DNA of 26,875 nt from positions 1-26,875 of IMG/VR virus record IMGVR_UViG_3300048599_000752; one strand, given 5' to 3'. The DNA is from a virus. Lineage: Duplodnaviria > Caudoviricetes. The notes beneath the pieces were generated by a model. That model saw nothing but the letters and a program-made list of their open reading frames with translations. It was not told where the DNA came from and made no database searches. Positions 8,293 through 16,844 of the stretch are shown piece by piece (position 1 is the stretch's first letter; each line of letters starts with the position of its first letter). The position numbers and the translations under genes are program-made.

Positions 8293-8966
8293 AAGCCGCG
8301 CTCAAGCATTGGGGGCTGGACGCTGGCGCCTACGAGGCGCTACGGGCGGCCTTTTCTAAGTGGCTGAGCAAACAGGCGCAGGACGTGCTCCGGCTCGCGC
8401 AGCGCGTGTTGGGCGTCCGCTCCGGCGATTCTCTGACGCGGTTGGTGGAGGAGCTGAACGCTTACTACAAGGACCTGGCGGGCGCCATGCCTGCCGATCA
8501 GAAGGCCGCGATTGAGGGTATCGCGCGCACGGCGATGGAGCGCATCACGGCCAGCGTGGGCAATTCCGCCGATGTGACCGAGGATTGGCTGTCCGGGTAC
8601 CTTGGCCGGTATTACTCCGACACATCGGAGCGCCTGTGCAAGGCGAACCTGGCGCAGGTGGAACGGATCATCGCGGGCGCCGATGGCGACGCGGTGAGCG
8701 CACTGCGCTCGAAGCTGGTTGATTGGGGTGATGCGCGTGCGGAGGTAATGGCGCGCCACGAGGCGGCGATGGCGCTGAATAAGACGCTGGTTGCGGGTTT
8801 CAAACGCGCGGGGTATTCCTCTGTCTGGAGGGCTGCGCCAGGAAGCTGTAAGATGTGCCTGGCGATGAACGACGTGACGGTCACGACCTTGACGCCGCCA
8901 CTCCATAAGGGCTGCGCGTGTACAGTGGATAAGGGCGAAAGCTTAATCGGCTTGACGCTGACGTAG
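8253..8966 (+). CDS. MuF/SPP1 gp7-like minor head domain; probably expressed as a portal extension (first standard start is GTG 8385, without a clear RBS)
   Basis: C-terminal WRAAPGSCKMC...PPLHKGCAC motif; frame open from 8166, overlapping the portal end in the -1 frame. Confidence 0.75.
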   Translation, partial: RAGGERRAAGNDLEAALKHWGLDAGAYEALRAAFSKWLSKQAQDVLRLAQRVLGVRSGDSLTRLVEELNAYYKDLAGAMPADQKAAIEGIARTAMERITASVGNSADVTEDWLSGYLGRYYSDTSERLCKANLAQVERIIAGADGDAVSALRSKLVDWGDARAEVMARHEAAMALNKTLVAGFKRAGYSSVWRAAPGSCKMCLAMNDVTVTTLTPPLHKGCACTVDKGESLIGLTLT

Positions 8967-8980
8967 TCAAGTGCTAAAAT
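8952..8980 (+). promoter_or_regulatory. SigA-type promoter of moron D with overlapping inverted repeat
   Basis: TTGACG-17 bp-TAAAAT with TGn; CTTGAC-n9-GTCAAG at 8951-8971. Confidence 0.78.
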
Positions 8981-9077
8981 CAAAATAACGCTGCCTGTTT
9001 GAAAGGCTTAATCAGATTTGCCAAAACGACTTTATCAGGAATGGATTGTTTATTTTGTCGGGCGAAGGAGAGATAAA

Positions 9078-9329
9078 ATGAGATGTCCGTACTGTAATCA
9101 AGAGATGGAATCAGGAAGTTTAGTAACAGCAGAAGGGCCAGGTATGTTTTACCTGCCTAAGAATGAGAGTTTGAATATGATTGTCACTGTGAAAAGCGTT
9201 GTAAAGAAAGGTGGGGTAGTGTTGGATGGCCCATATGCAACACGACTGCACTACATCGATGTCCCATGTGAAATATGCAAAGAGTGCAAGAAAATCATCG
9301 TATCTTACGAAACAGGCACTAAGCAGTGA
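9078..9329 (+). CDS. Moron D: small zinc-ribbon protein (DUF6487/PF20097-like)
   Basis: MRCPYCNQEMESG...CKECKKIIVSY; AAGGAG RBS; AT-rich. Confidence 0.82.
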   Translation: MRCPYCNQEMESGSLVTAEGPGMFYLPKNESLNMIVTVKSVVKKGGVVLDGPYATRLHYIDVPCEICKECKKIIVSYETGTKQ

Positions 9330-9375
9330 AATTCGCCGAAGATACGCCGCTAGCAATTAGCGACGGTTCTAGCCT

Positions 9376-9402
9376 AACCGCTCTGAAAAGGGCGGTTTTT
9401 TT
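9376..9402 (+). terminator. Intrinsic terminator after moron D
   Basis: AACCGCTCT-GAAA-AGGGCGGTT followed by T tract. Confidence 0.85.
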
Positions 9403-9425
9403 ATGGGAATTTTTAAAGGACGGTG

Positions 9426-10058
9426 ATGCGCTTGACTGGCAAGACGAAGCCTGTCATGGAGGTGCGCGCGTTCGCTACGGAGGTGCGCGCTTCCCCTGCG
9501 GAGGACGGCTCCGGTGCGCTGCGTTTCGAAGGATACGCGGCGCTTTTCAATTCGTGGAGCCAGGACCTGGGCGGCTTCCGGGAACAGATCGCGCCCGGAG
9601 CATTCTCGAAATCCCTCCCCGCGGACGATGTCCGCGCGTTGCTCAACCACGACAAGAACTACGTGCTGGGCCGCAACCGGTCCGGCACACTGGTTCTTTC
9701 GGAGGACGACCGCGGCTTGCACTTCGAGGTGACGGCGCCGAACACACAGTGGGCGCGCGACCTGGCCGAGAGCGTGAAGCGCGGCGACATCAATCAGTGC
9801 AGCTTCGGCTTTCAGACGGTCCGGGATGACTGGCGGACGGCGGACGGCATCGACGAGCGCACGCTCATGGAGGTGCGCCTGTTCGACGTGTCCATCGTCA
9901 CCTATCCGGCCTATCCGGAAACGAGCGCGAACGTGCGAAGCTGTGCGGATGTGCTGGCGGAACACAGGGAGGCGGCTCCGGCCTTCTCGCCTGCGCGCGT
10001 CAAGGTGATGCGCGAACAGATCAACCTGAAAATGAAGGAGAGGGGTATTCATGAATGA
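9426..10058 (+). CDS. Prohead protease, HK97 family (start uncertain: 9423/9426/9432)
   Basis: FEGYAALFN, FREQIAPGAF, ALLNHD, SFGF, LFDVSIVTYPAYP motifs. Confidence 0.94.
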   Translation: MRLTGKTKPVMEVRAFATEVRASPAEDGSGALRFEGYAALFNSWSQDLGGFREQIAPGAFSKSLPADDVRALLNHDKNYVLGRNRSGTLVLSEDDRGLHFEVTAPNTQWARDLAESVKRGDINQCSFGFQTVRDDWRTADGIDERTLMEVRLFDVSIVTYPAYPETSANVRSCADVLAEHREAAPAFSPARVKVMREQINLKMKERGIHE

Positions 10059-11253
10059 GAAGATTCGGGCTTGGATGGAACAGCGCGCGACCGCTCTGAC
10101 GCAGGCTCGCGCACTCCTGGACGGCGCCTACGCGGAGAACCGCGACCTGAACGCGGATGAGCAGCAGAAGTACGACGGTTTCAACACCGAGTACGATTCC
10201 CTGACCGCGAAGATCAATCGCGAGCAGGCGCTGGCGGACCGCGAGGCGGGCGTGACTCGTTCCGCGAACGGCGAGCAGAACCCGAACCGCGGCCAGCAGC
10301 CGGGCCGCACCGACGGCCAGCGTGCCGATCCCACCGATGGCACCGAGTACCGTCGCAGCCTGCTTCGGTACATGGCGTATGGCGTGCAGGACGCCGGCCT
10401 GCGCACCGATGCGCGCGTCGGCTCCGAACTGCGCGATATTCTGGGTGTGTCGCTGGGCGGCGACGGCGCCACCGGCGGCGTGCTCGCGCCCGCGCAGATG
10501 GAGCGCGCGCTGCTTGACGAGATCCGCAAGCAGAACGTGATCCGTCAGCTGGCGGACGTCCGTTCCTCCGGTTCGGACATCGAGATCCCGTTTGCGACCG
10601 CCCACACGAAGGCGTACCTGGTCGCCGAGGGCGCCGCGTTCACCGCGTCGAAGCCGGACTTCGACAAGAAGGCCATGAAGGCGTACAAGGTCGGTGCGCT
10701 GGCCTACATCACGACCGAGGCCCTGCAGGACATGTTCCTGGACATGGAAGCCTGGATTCGTGACGATTTCGGCTATGCGTTCGCCGATCTGGAGGAGGAG
10801 CACTTCCTCACCGGCACCGGCGCGACCGCTGCCGCTGTTGCCGCGATCACGGCCGATGAACTGCTCGACCTGCTGTACGCTGTGAACCAGAAGTACCGCG
10901 CGCGTGGTTCCTGGCTGATGGCCGATTCGACCATCCTGAAGCTGCGCAAGCTGAAGGGCAACGACGGCCAGTACCTGTGGCAGCCGGGCCTTGTGGCCGG
11001 CCAGCCCGACATCCTGCTCTCTCATCCCCTGTATACGTCGGACACCATGCCGGCGGCGGAGGCGGGCAAGAAGGCGGTGCTGTTCGGCGACTTCAAGCGG
11101 TACCGCATCCTGGACCGCAAGGGCCTGTACTTCCAGCGCCTGAACGAGATCGCGGCGCTGAACGGTCAGGTGGGCTTCCTCGCCTACCGGCGCTACGATG
11201 GCGCTCTGCTGAACACCGACGCGATCAAGACGCTGACCATGAAGAGCGCCTGA
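10051..11253 (+). CDS. Major capsid protein, HK97 fold with N-terminal delta domain
   Basis: Coiled-coil N-terminus, GGVLAP, LRKLKGNDGQYLWQPG, FGDF, GQVGF motifs. Confidence 0.96.
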   Translation: MNEKIRAWMEQRATALTQARALLDGAYAENRDLNADEQQKYDGFNTEYDSLTAKINREQALADREAGVTRSANGEQNPNRGQQPGRTDGQRADPTDGTEYRRSLLRYMAYGVQDAGLRTDARVGSELRDILGVSLGGDGATGGVLAPAQMERALLDEIRKQNVIRQLADVRSSGSDIEIPFATAHTKAYLVAEGAAFTASKPDFDKKAMKAYKVGALAYITTEALQDMFLDMEAWIRDDFGYAFADLEEEHFLTGTGATAAAVAAITADELLDLLYAVNQKYRARGSWLMADSTILKLRKLKGNDGQYLWQPGLVAGQPDILLSHPLYTSDTMPAAEAGKKAVLFGDFKRYRILDRKGLYFQRLNEIAALNGQVGFLAYRRYDGALLNTDAIKTLTMKSA

Positions 11254-11267
11254 TCGTAAGACCAACG

Positions 11268-11299
11268 GCGGCGCGTCCATGACGGGCGCGCCGCTTTTT
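11268..11299 (+). terminator. Intrinsic terminator after capsid gene
   Basis: GCGGCGCGTCC-ATGAC-GGGCGCGCCGC-TTTTT. Confidence 0.85.
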
Positions 11300-11313
11300 G
11301 TGGGGGGATAGCG

Positions 11314-11865
11314 ATGATGTGCATGACGGCCGCTGAAATGCGCGATTTGTCCGGGCTGACTTTCGCCACAGATGCGGCGGCGGAAGCGGCGATTCTCGCC
11401 GCACAGCAGGTGGCGGAGGGCTACCTGAACCGCGCGCTTTGCAAGGGCGACCGGGACGAGACGTTCGACCTGTGCGGCCGGCGTACCGTCCTGCTGCACG
11501 CGTATCCGGTTGATTCGCTGGTTTCCGTCACGCTGGACGGCGAGGAGGTAGATGGCTGTGAAATGTGCGAAATGAGCGGCATCCTGGCGTTGCCGCGGAA
11601 CGCGGCGCCCGGCGAGCGGCTGCGCGTGCAGTACATCGGCGGCTTCCCTGCCGATGCAATGCCGATGCCGATCAAGGTGGCGTGCGCGCTGATCTGGCGG
11701 GCAATCTCCCATGCGGCCGAGAACGACGGCCAGCAGGTGGTGTCCGAGCGGCTCGATGGCTACTCTGTCACCTATGTCACGCCTGGGCAGGCGGTGTCCG
11801 GTCTGGACCGGCTTGCGCCGGCCGCGGCTGCGCTGCTTACGCCGTACCGCGGGAAGGCATGGTGA
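11314..11865 (+). CDS. Head-tail connector/adaptor (gp6-like)
   Basis: Position after capsid; AEGYLNR, VQYIGGF, SERLDGYSVTY, LLTPYR motifs. Confidence 0.8.
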   Translation: MMCMTAAEMRDLSGLTFATDAAAEAAILAAQQVAEGYLNRALCKGDRDETFDLCGRRTVLLHAYPVDSLVSVTLDGEEVDGCEMCEMSGILALPRNAAPGERLRVQYIGGFPADAMPMPIKVACALIWRAISHAAENDGQQVVSERLDGYSVTYVTPGQAVSGLDRLAPAAAALLTPYRGKAW

Positions 11866-11869
11866 TGCC

Positions 11870-12232
11870 GTGAACATGGAACTTATGCGGAGGCGCGTCG
11901 ATGCGGTCTGCCGGCGCTTCCCCACCGAGACGGCGGTGTTTTCGCGTCCGGTTTTGGACGCGTATAACCAACCGACCGACGAGAACACGTCGCTCGGCTC
12001 CGTGGAATGCTGGCGCATTCCGGGCGCCCGGCCGGACCAGTGGGCGGTCGCCCAGGCCGGCCAGACGTATGCCGACGATGACGCGCTCTGGGTGACGGTC
12101 ATCTGGCGCGCCGATCTTCCCCAGTGGAAGCACGGCGACGTCTGTATGCTGCCGGACGGCGTGAAGCGAACGGTCCGCAACATCCAGAACCGCGGCGACG
12201 TTCGCGTGTTCCTCCAGCTTGCGGAGGTGTAG
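11870..12232 (+). CDS. Putative head closure/stopper protein
   Basis: Position and ~120-aa size; GTG 11870 after GGTGA (or ATG 11876); the longer 11711 ORF overlaps the previous gene. Confidence 0.65.
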   Translation: MNMELMRRRVDAVCRRFPTETAVFSRPVLDAYNQPTDENTSLGSVECWRIPGARPDQWAVAQAGQTYADDDALWVTVIWRADLPQWKHGDVCMLPDGVKRTVRNIQNRGDVRVFLQLAEV

Positions 12233-12235
12233 CGC

Positions 12236-12712
12236 ATGGACGGCTTCAAGATCGACACCAGCGATTTCCTCTGGGCGACCGCGGCTTTGAAGGAGCGGGC
12301 GCAGAAAAACACGCTCCGGTTCGCGGAAGCGGCCGCGTCCGAGTTTGAGCGCGCTGCCAAGACCGACGCGCCGTGGGTGGACCGGTCCGGGACCGCGCGG
12401 GGCAACCTGTACGGCAAGGCGGACCAGAGCGGGACCCGCACGCGCGTTGAGATGGGCGGCTCCGCTCCGAACAAAAACGCGACGAACAGCGCGTATCCGG
12501 ACTATATGGAGATTCTGGAATTCGGCCATAACTCGCTGAAGCGGGATTTCCCAGACCTGTCGATCCTCTATCCGACGCGGGATGCGCTGGCGGAGGGCAT
12601 CAAGGCGCAGTACGGCGACGCGGTTCTCCGGGGCATGACGGGGTTTAAAATCCCGCGCTCGAAGGCAGCGATGCGCGTGCGCGCGCGGAATTTCCGGAAT
12701 CGGCAGCGATGA
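12236..12712 (+). CDS. HK97 gp10-like neck/tail completion protein
   Basis: AKTDAPWVDRSGTARGNL and YMEILEFG motifs; GGAGGT RBS. Confidence 0.75.
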   Translation: MDGFKIDTSDFLWATAALKERAQKNTLRFAEAAASEFERAAKTDAPWVDRSGTARGNLYGKADQSGTRTRVEMGGSAPNKNATNSAYPDYMEILEFGHNSLKRDFPDLSILYPTRDALAEGIKAQYGDAVLRGMTGFKIPRSKAAMRVRARNFRNRQR

Positions 12713-12720
12713 TGGAGCAA

Positions 12721-12816
12721 ATGACCTACCTTACCACGGTGAAAGTGAGCACGGCGCTGAAGATCGGGGAGTCGGCATCCTTAATCCCCACGGCGAACGG
12801 GTTCAAGATCAAATAA
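12721..12816 (+). pseudogene. 31-codon ORF resembling the extreme C-terminus of a siphovirus minor tail protein; probable deletion remnant
   Basis: TYLTTVKVSTALKIGESASLIPTANGFKIK* recalls the LxIG...IPxxNG end of proteins that typically precede DUF859-like genes (from memory). Confidence 0.45.
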
Positions 12817-12828
12817 GGGGGGCGTTTT

Positions 12829-14277
12829 ATGGCTTCCGCAAGCATTACCAGCATCACGTATTCCGACACCTATGTTCCATCCGGATTTTCCGCAAACAAG
12901 CACATCACCCAGTCTGTTTTGCGGGCAACCGTTGCTTATGCCTGGTCGGGCCTTACCACGTCAAAGGACAATAAGCTCACCCTTAATTTGACGCTTGGTA
13001 AGTCGGATGGCGTAACGGCATTGAAAAGCGTCGCGCAGAAAGACGTTTCGATTTCCACGGCAAGCGGAAGCGCGACGACGTATATCGATATCGCCTTTTC
13101 GCCTGACGCCTCTCTTTTCACAGATGCCACCGCTTATAGCATGTGGGGAAGCGCGATCCTCTTGAGCGGGAACGACGGCACGATTTACGACATTGAGGCT
13201 ATGTCGTATAGTTTCATGTATTATGCCTACTCTGCGCCGACCATCCCGACCTTCACTGTGCAGCGCTGCACGTCCGATGGAACGTCGAGCGATGACGGAA
13301 CCTACGTGAAGGCGACGGTGGCTTACGCCGTGTCCGCGATTGGGAACGTCAACACGAAGGTGCTGAAGATCTACCGGAAGCTGAAAGCTGACAGCGCCTG
13401 GACGCTGGATACGACCTGCACAATTTCGGCGTACTCCGGGACCTGGAGCGCGACGAAACTGGCGCTTACCTATGCGGCGGCGTCCTCGTATGACCTGAAG
13501 GCCGAGCTTGCTGATCTCATTTACCCGGCCTCAAACCCAATCACAAACCTGAAGGAAGTCCTGTACAGCACCGTGACGATGGACGTGGACACGGTCAATA
13601 AGCAGGTCGCCATCGGCAAGAGCGTGGTCAGCGGCGGGCCGGGGTTAGATGTCGGGTCGACCACGATCTTCCGGAACACGGCAGAATTTGAGAAGGCACC
13701 GACGTTCGACCTTGGCGGCCTTTTCAACGCGTCCCCTACTTTCGCATCGGCAGCCGTGATCACTGCGCTTCTGGCAAAAATCAAGCCCTGGTGCAAATTG
13801 TCCGCGCCAACGGCGGAGAGCATGACCTACAACTCCAACAAATACTGTTGGGTGTTTGCGTTCCAGACGGTGGAACGCAACGACGACAGTATGTATACCC
13901 TTCTGCTCGGTGGCTCCGGCGGCACACGGCAAATGGGATGGGTTATCCCCAGGGATGGCAAATACCGCGTGACGCTTAAGGTGCGCATGCAAAGCGGCTC
14001 CAGCAGCAGCCCCATCGTCAGCTACATCGCCAAGTTTGCTTCTTCTTGGACGCCACCGACGGTTAATTATCTCGCAGAGGCGTCGATGGTCGCGGCAGCA
14101 AACTTATATGACATTTGCTTGGGGTTGGCCTGGAGCAGTTCTCAGATGTGGCTGGAGCATACCTTCGAGTTCTCGGCAGCCGCCTTGGAGAAGGTGTGGC
14201 CGATGGCGTTTATGTATTCGGCTTCCGCTACGATTGATGGCACACAAACCTGGGCCAGTATTGAGCAGATCGGTTAA
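12829..14277 (+). CDS. Minor tail/receptor-binding protein (DUF859-like core, beta-rich C-terminal domain)
   Basis: Ser/Thr-rich; YSAPTIPTFTVQRCTSDGTSSDDGTY motif; position before lysin. Confidence 0.72.
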   Translation: MASASITSITYSDTYVPSGFSANKHITQSVLRATVAYAWSGLTTSKDNKLTLNLTLGKSDGVTALKSVAQKDVSISTASGSATTYIDIAFSPDASLFTDATAYSMWGSAILLSGNDGTIYDIEAMSYSFMYYAYSAPTIPTFTVQRCTSDGTSSDDGTYVKATVAYAVSAIGNVNTKVLKIYRKLKADSAWTLDTTCTISAYSGTWSATKLALTYAAASSYDLKAELADLIYPASNPITNLKEVLYSTVTMDVDTVNKQVAIGKSVVSGGPGLDVGSTTIFRNTAEFEKAPTFDLGGLFNASPTFASAAVITALLAKIKPWCKLSAPTAESMTYNSNKYCWVFAFQTVERNDDSMYTLLLGGSGGTRQMGWVIPRDGKYRVTLKVRMQSGSSSSPIVSYIAKFASSWTPPTVNYLAEASMVAAANLYDICLGLAWSSSQMWLEHTFEFSAAALEKVWPMAFMYSASATIDGTQTWASIEQIG

Positions 14278-14366
14278 GCGCCGGGGGCGCTGTTTTTATG
14301 CGCCGGGTGCATTCGGATTTGCGCCCGGTGCAATCTTTTGCCCGGCTGGGCGGGAAGGTGGTACAG

Positions 14367-16025
14367 ATGGTAAGGGTTGGATCGGCGCGCATCGACGAGA
14401 ACGGGCATGCGCGCGGCGGCGCGGCAGGCGATCAGACCGGCCGCGAGGTGATGGCGCAGGATTGGTACGACCACGGCCTGCTGAATCCGTGGGTGCTGCT
14501 GCGTCCGTTGGACGAGGTGGTCGCGGAGAAGATCGCGGTGTGCATGGAGATGGCCTGCAAGAACAACCTGATCGGCTACGACCAAGGGCAGCGCGACACG
14601 CTGTACGCGGCCGTCGCGGCGCTGGGTTTCGACGTGTCGAAGCTGACGGCGAAGAAGGTCGAGACCGACTGCAGCGCGCTGGTTCGCGTCTGCATGGCTT
14701 ACGCCGGGATCATCCTGAATCTCGGCGATACGAAGTTCACCACGGCGAACATGGCCGCGATCCTGGTGGCGACCAAGAAGTTCGAGCGGCTGACCGACAG
14801 GCGCTACGTCCACAGCTCGACGTACCTGAAGCGGGGCGACATCCTCGTGACGGCGCACCAGGGGCACACCGTCGTTGTGCTCTCGAACGGGTCTATGGCC
14901 TACCCGCTGGGCGGGCGCATCCTCCAGAAGGGCTGTTTCGGTCCGGACGTCGGGAAGATGCAGCGCCTGCTGGCCGGGCTGAAATACGTTTTCCCTAAGA
15001 GCGGCACCGACCACGACTTCGGCGCCGAGACGCTGGCGGCCGTCAAGGCGTTCCAGGCGGCCGCCGAGCTGGTTGTCGATGGCGTGATGGACGCCGCGGA
15101 CCTGGCGAAGCTGGTGGACATCTCCGTGAACGGCTGGCCGGCGAAGCCTGTCACGCCGCCTGTCGAGACGCCGTCCGTCGATCCCGGCGGGGAGATCGTC
15201 TACCCGGTGCGCGGCATCTTCCCGGATGTCAGCGACAATCAGGGCGCCATCCAGAACTTCGACAAGTTCTGCGCGGGCACCGACTGTGCCATCTTCCGCG
15301 CTGTGCGGGGGAACCTGCTGATCGACGCGCAGGTGGCCCGCAACATGTCCAAGTGCAAGGCGCGGAACTATCCGTTCGGCGTGTACGTGTTTTTCAAGGC
15401 GTTCACCGAGGCCAGCGCGCGGAAGTTCGTACAGAAGATGTACGCCGCGACGGCGCAGTATGGGCCGCGATTCTACGTCCTGGACGTGGAGGGCTGGTAT
15501 CCGAAGGTGGCCGTGCTCGCGGCGTTCGACGAGGCGCGGAAGCTGGGCATCACCTGCCTGGGCATCTACATGGGGTCGTTCCGCTGGCGGGCGCGCTACA
15601 AGAAGATGGTCGCCGCGCTGGTTGACTTCGTGTGGCTGGCGAACTATGGGAAGAACACCGGCTGGCTCTCCAACATCCCGGACAATCCCTGCGCGCTCCA
15701 CCAGTACACCAGCGTTGGGCCGGTGCCGGGCATCTCCGACAAGACCTGCGACCTGAACCGCTTGACGGGCAACGTGCCGCTCTCGTTCTTCACCGGGAGG
15801 AAGCACAGCGGCGTCGAGTATCCGGGCATCGTGCAGGCCACTGCAAAGGTCGCTGTGCGCCAGGGCGCGGGCGCGACCTACAAGGCGCTGGCCGCCATCC
15901 CGAAGGGGCGGTTTGCGATCAAGCGCGACGGCAGCGTGGACGGCTGGCAGGCGGTCACCTACAACGGCATGGACGGCTTCGTATCGACTGGTTATGTCAA
16001 GACGGTCAATGAGGGGGCGAAGTGA
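14367..16025 (+). CDS. Endolysin: NlpC/P60-like Cys peptidase + peptidoglycan-binding domain + GH25 muramidase + SH3b
   Basis: TDCSALV...GDIL...GHT; DFGAETLAAVKAFQ; PDVSDNQG...LDVE...WLANY...HQYTS; VRQGAG...GFVSTGY; ATG 14367 after GAAGGTG. Confidence 0.9.
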   Translation: MVRVGSARIDENGHARGGAAGDQTGREVMAQDWYDHGLLNPWVLLRPLDEVVAEKIAVCMEMACKNNLIGYDQGQRDTLYAAVAALGFDVSKLTAKKVETDCSALVRVCMAYAGIILNLGDTKFTTANMAAILVATKKFERLTDRRYVHSSTYLKRGDILVTAHQGHTVVVLSNGSMAYPLGGRILQKGCFGPDVGKMQRLLAGLKYVFPKSGTDHDFGAETLAAVKAFQAAAELVVDGVMDAADLAKLVDISVNGWPAKPVTPPVETPSVDPGGEIVYPVRGIFPDVSDNQGAIQNFDKFCAGTDCAIFRAVRGNLLIDAQVARNMSKCKARNYPFGVYVFFKAFTEASARKFVQKMYAATAQYGPRFYVLDVEGWYPKVAVLAAFDEARKLGITCLGIYMGSFRWRARYKKMVAALVDFVWLANYGKNTGWLSNIPDNPCALHQYTSVGPVPGISDKTCDLNRLTGNVPLSFFTGRKHSGVEYPGIVQATAKVAVRQGAGATYKALAAIPKGRFAIKRDGSVDGWQAVTYNGMDGFVSTGYVKTVNEGAK

Positions 16026-16027
16026 TC

Positions 16028-16489
16028 ATGATGGAGAAGGTCGTTCGGTGGTTCAACTGGGACAGCATCGCAAACTGGGGCGCAGGCGTGGCGGGCGCCG
16101 CGCTTGGCCTGGCAGGAGGTTGGGATGCACTGATGAAGGTCCTGGTGACCTGCATGGTGGTGGACTACATCACCGGCATTTGGAATGCGATCAAGGAGAA
16201 GAAGCTGTCCTCCAAGGTGGGCTTCATCGGCATCCTACGCAAGCTGACGATCTTCGGTGTGGTGATCGTCGCGGCGCAGGTCGACGTGGCGCTGAACCTG
16301 CAGGCGGTCTGCCGCACGGCGGCGGTGGCGTTCTACGCTGCGAATGAAGGCATCAGCGTGCTGGAGAACGCGGCGGCTATCGGCTTGCCGGTGCCGCAGA
16401 AGCTGGTGGATATGCTTGGACAGCTGAAGGATGGGGGAGAAAAGGAGAAAAATGCAAACGATGAAGATGATACGGTAAAACCCGCATAG
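16028..16489 (+). CDS. Holin, phage holin family 4 type
   Basis: DYITG, LSSKVGFIGILRK, NEGISVLENAAAIGLPVP motifs. Confidence 0.93.
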   Translation: MMEKVVRWFNWDSIANWGAGVAGAALGLAGGWDALMKVLVTCMVVDYITGIWNAIKEKKLSSKVGFIGILRKLTIFGVVIVAAQVDVALNLQAVCRTAAVAFYAANEGISVLENAAAIGLPVPQKLVDMLGQLKDGGEKEKNANDEDDTVKPA

Positions 16490-16493
16490 TGTC

Positions 16494-16525
16494 AGCCCCG
16501 CTGTCCGAGAGGCAGCGGGGCTTTT
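16494..16525 (+). terminator. Intrinsic terminator after holin
   Basis: AGCCCCGCTGTC-CGAGA-GGCAGCGGGGCT-TTT. Confidence 0.85.
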
Positions 16526-16573
16526 ACTTTACCTGTGAGCGCCAAATCACGCTTTTGACACAAAATACGGTAG

Positions 16574-16652
16574 GCGTACTGAAGAACGCGGCGGCTATCA
16601 GCTTGTCTGTGTTGCCAAGAACTTGAGGATACGCATAGACATTTGAAGGATG
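16574..16652 (+). repeat. Decayed direct copy of the holin 3' region (16356-16433)
   Basis: Shares a perfect 17-mer AGAACGCGGCGGCTATC and colinear similarity through TGAAGGATG. Confidence 0.85.
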
Positions 16653-16732
16653 CAGGGATGTAAATGGAATAGACTAGTCTGAGTGGGCAGGCTGACGCGG
16701 GAATCAAAGTTGCTGATCTGCTAAAGATGCCC

Positions 16733-16761
16733 TTGCATATTTTTTGATGGAGGTATACAAT
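16733..16761 (+). promoter_or_regulatory. SigA-type promoter for NACHT gene
   Basis: TTGCAT-17 bp-TACAAT. Confidence 0.7.
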
Positions 16762-16844
16762 TACTAAAGCGGAATATAACATATCTAGTTAGGATTTCGC
16801 ACAAGACGCTCGAATTGATGGGATTTACAGCAGAGGTGAATAGT

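Noticed and set aside
12829-14277. Diversity-generating retroelement target in the tail-tip gene
   Set aside because: No reverse transcriptase or template repeat seen; the window's repeats do not differ specifically at adenines
14276-14345. Structured RNA between the tail-tip gene and lysin
   Set aside because: Two short GC hairpins compatible with a weak terminator; nothing supports a defined ncRNA
16022-16036. Holin dual-start (antiholin) motif
   Set aside because: GTG-ATC-ATG-ATG lacks the intervening basic residue of the lambda S-type motif
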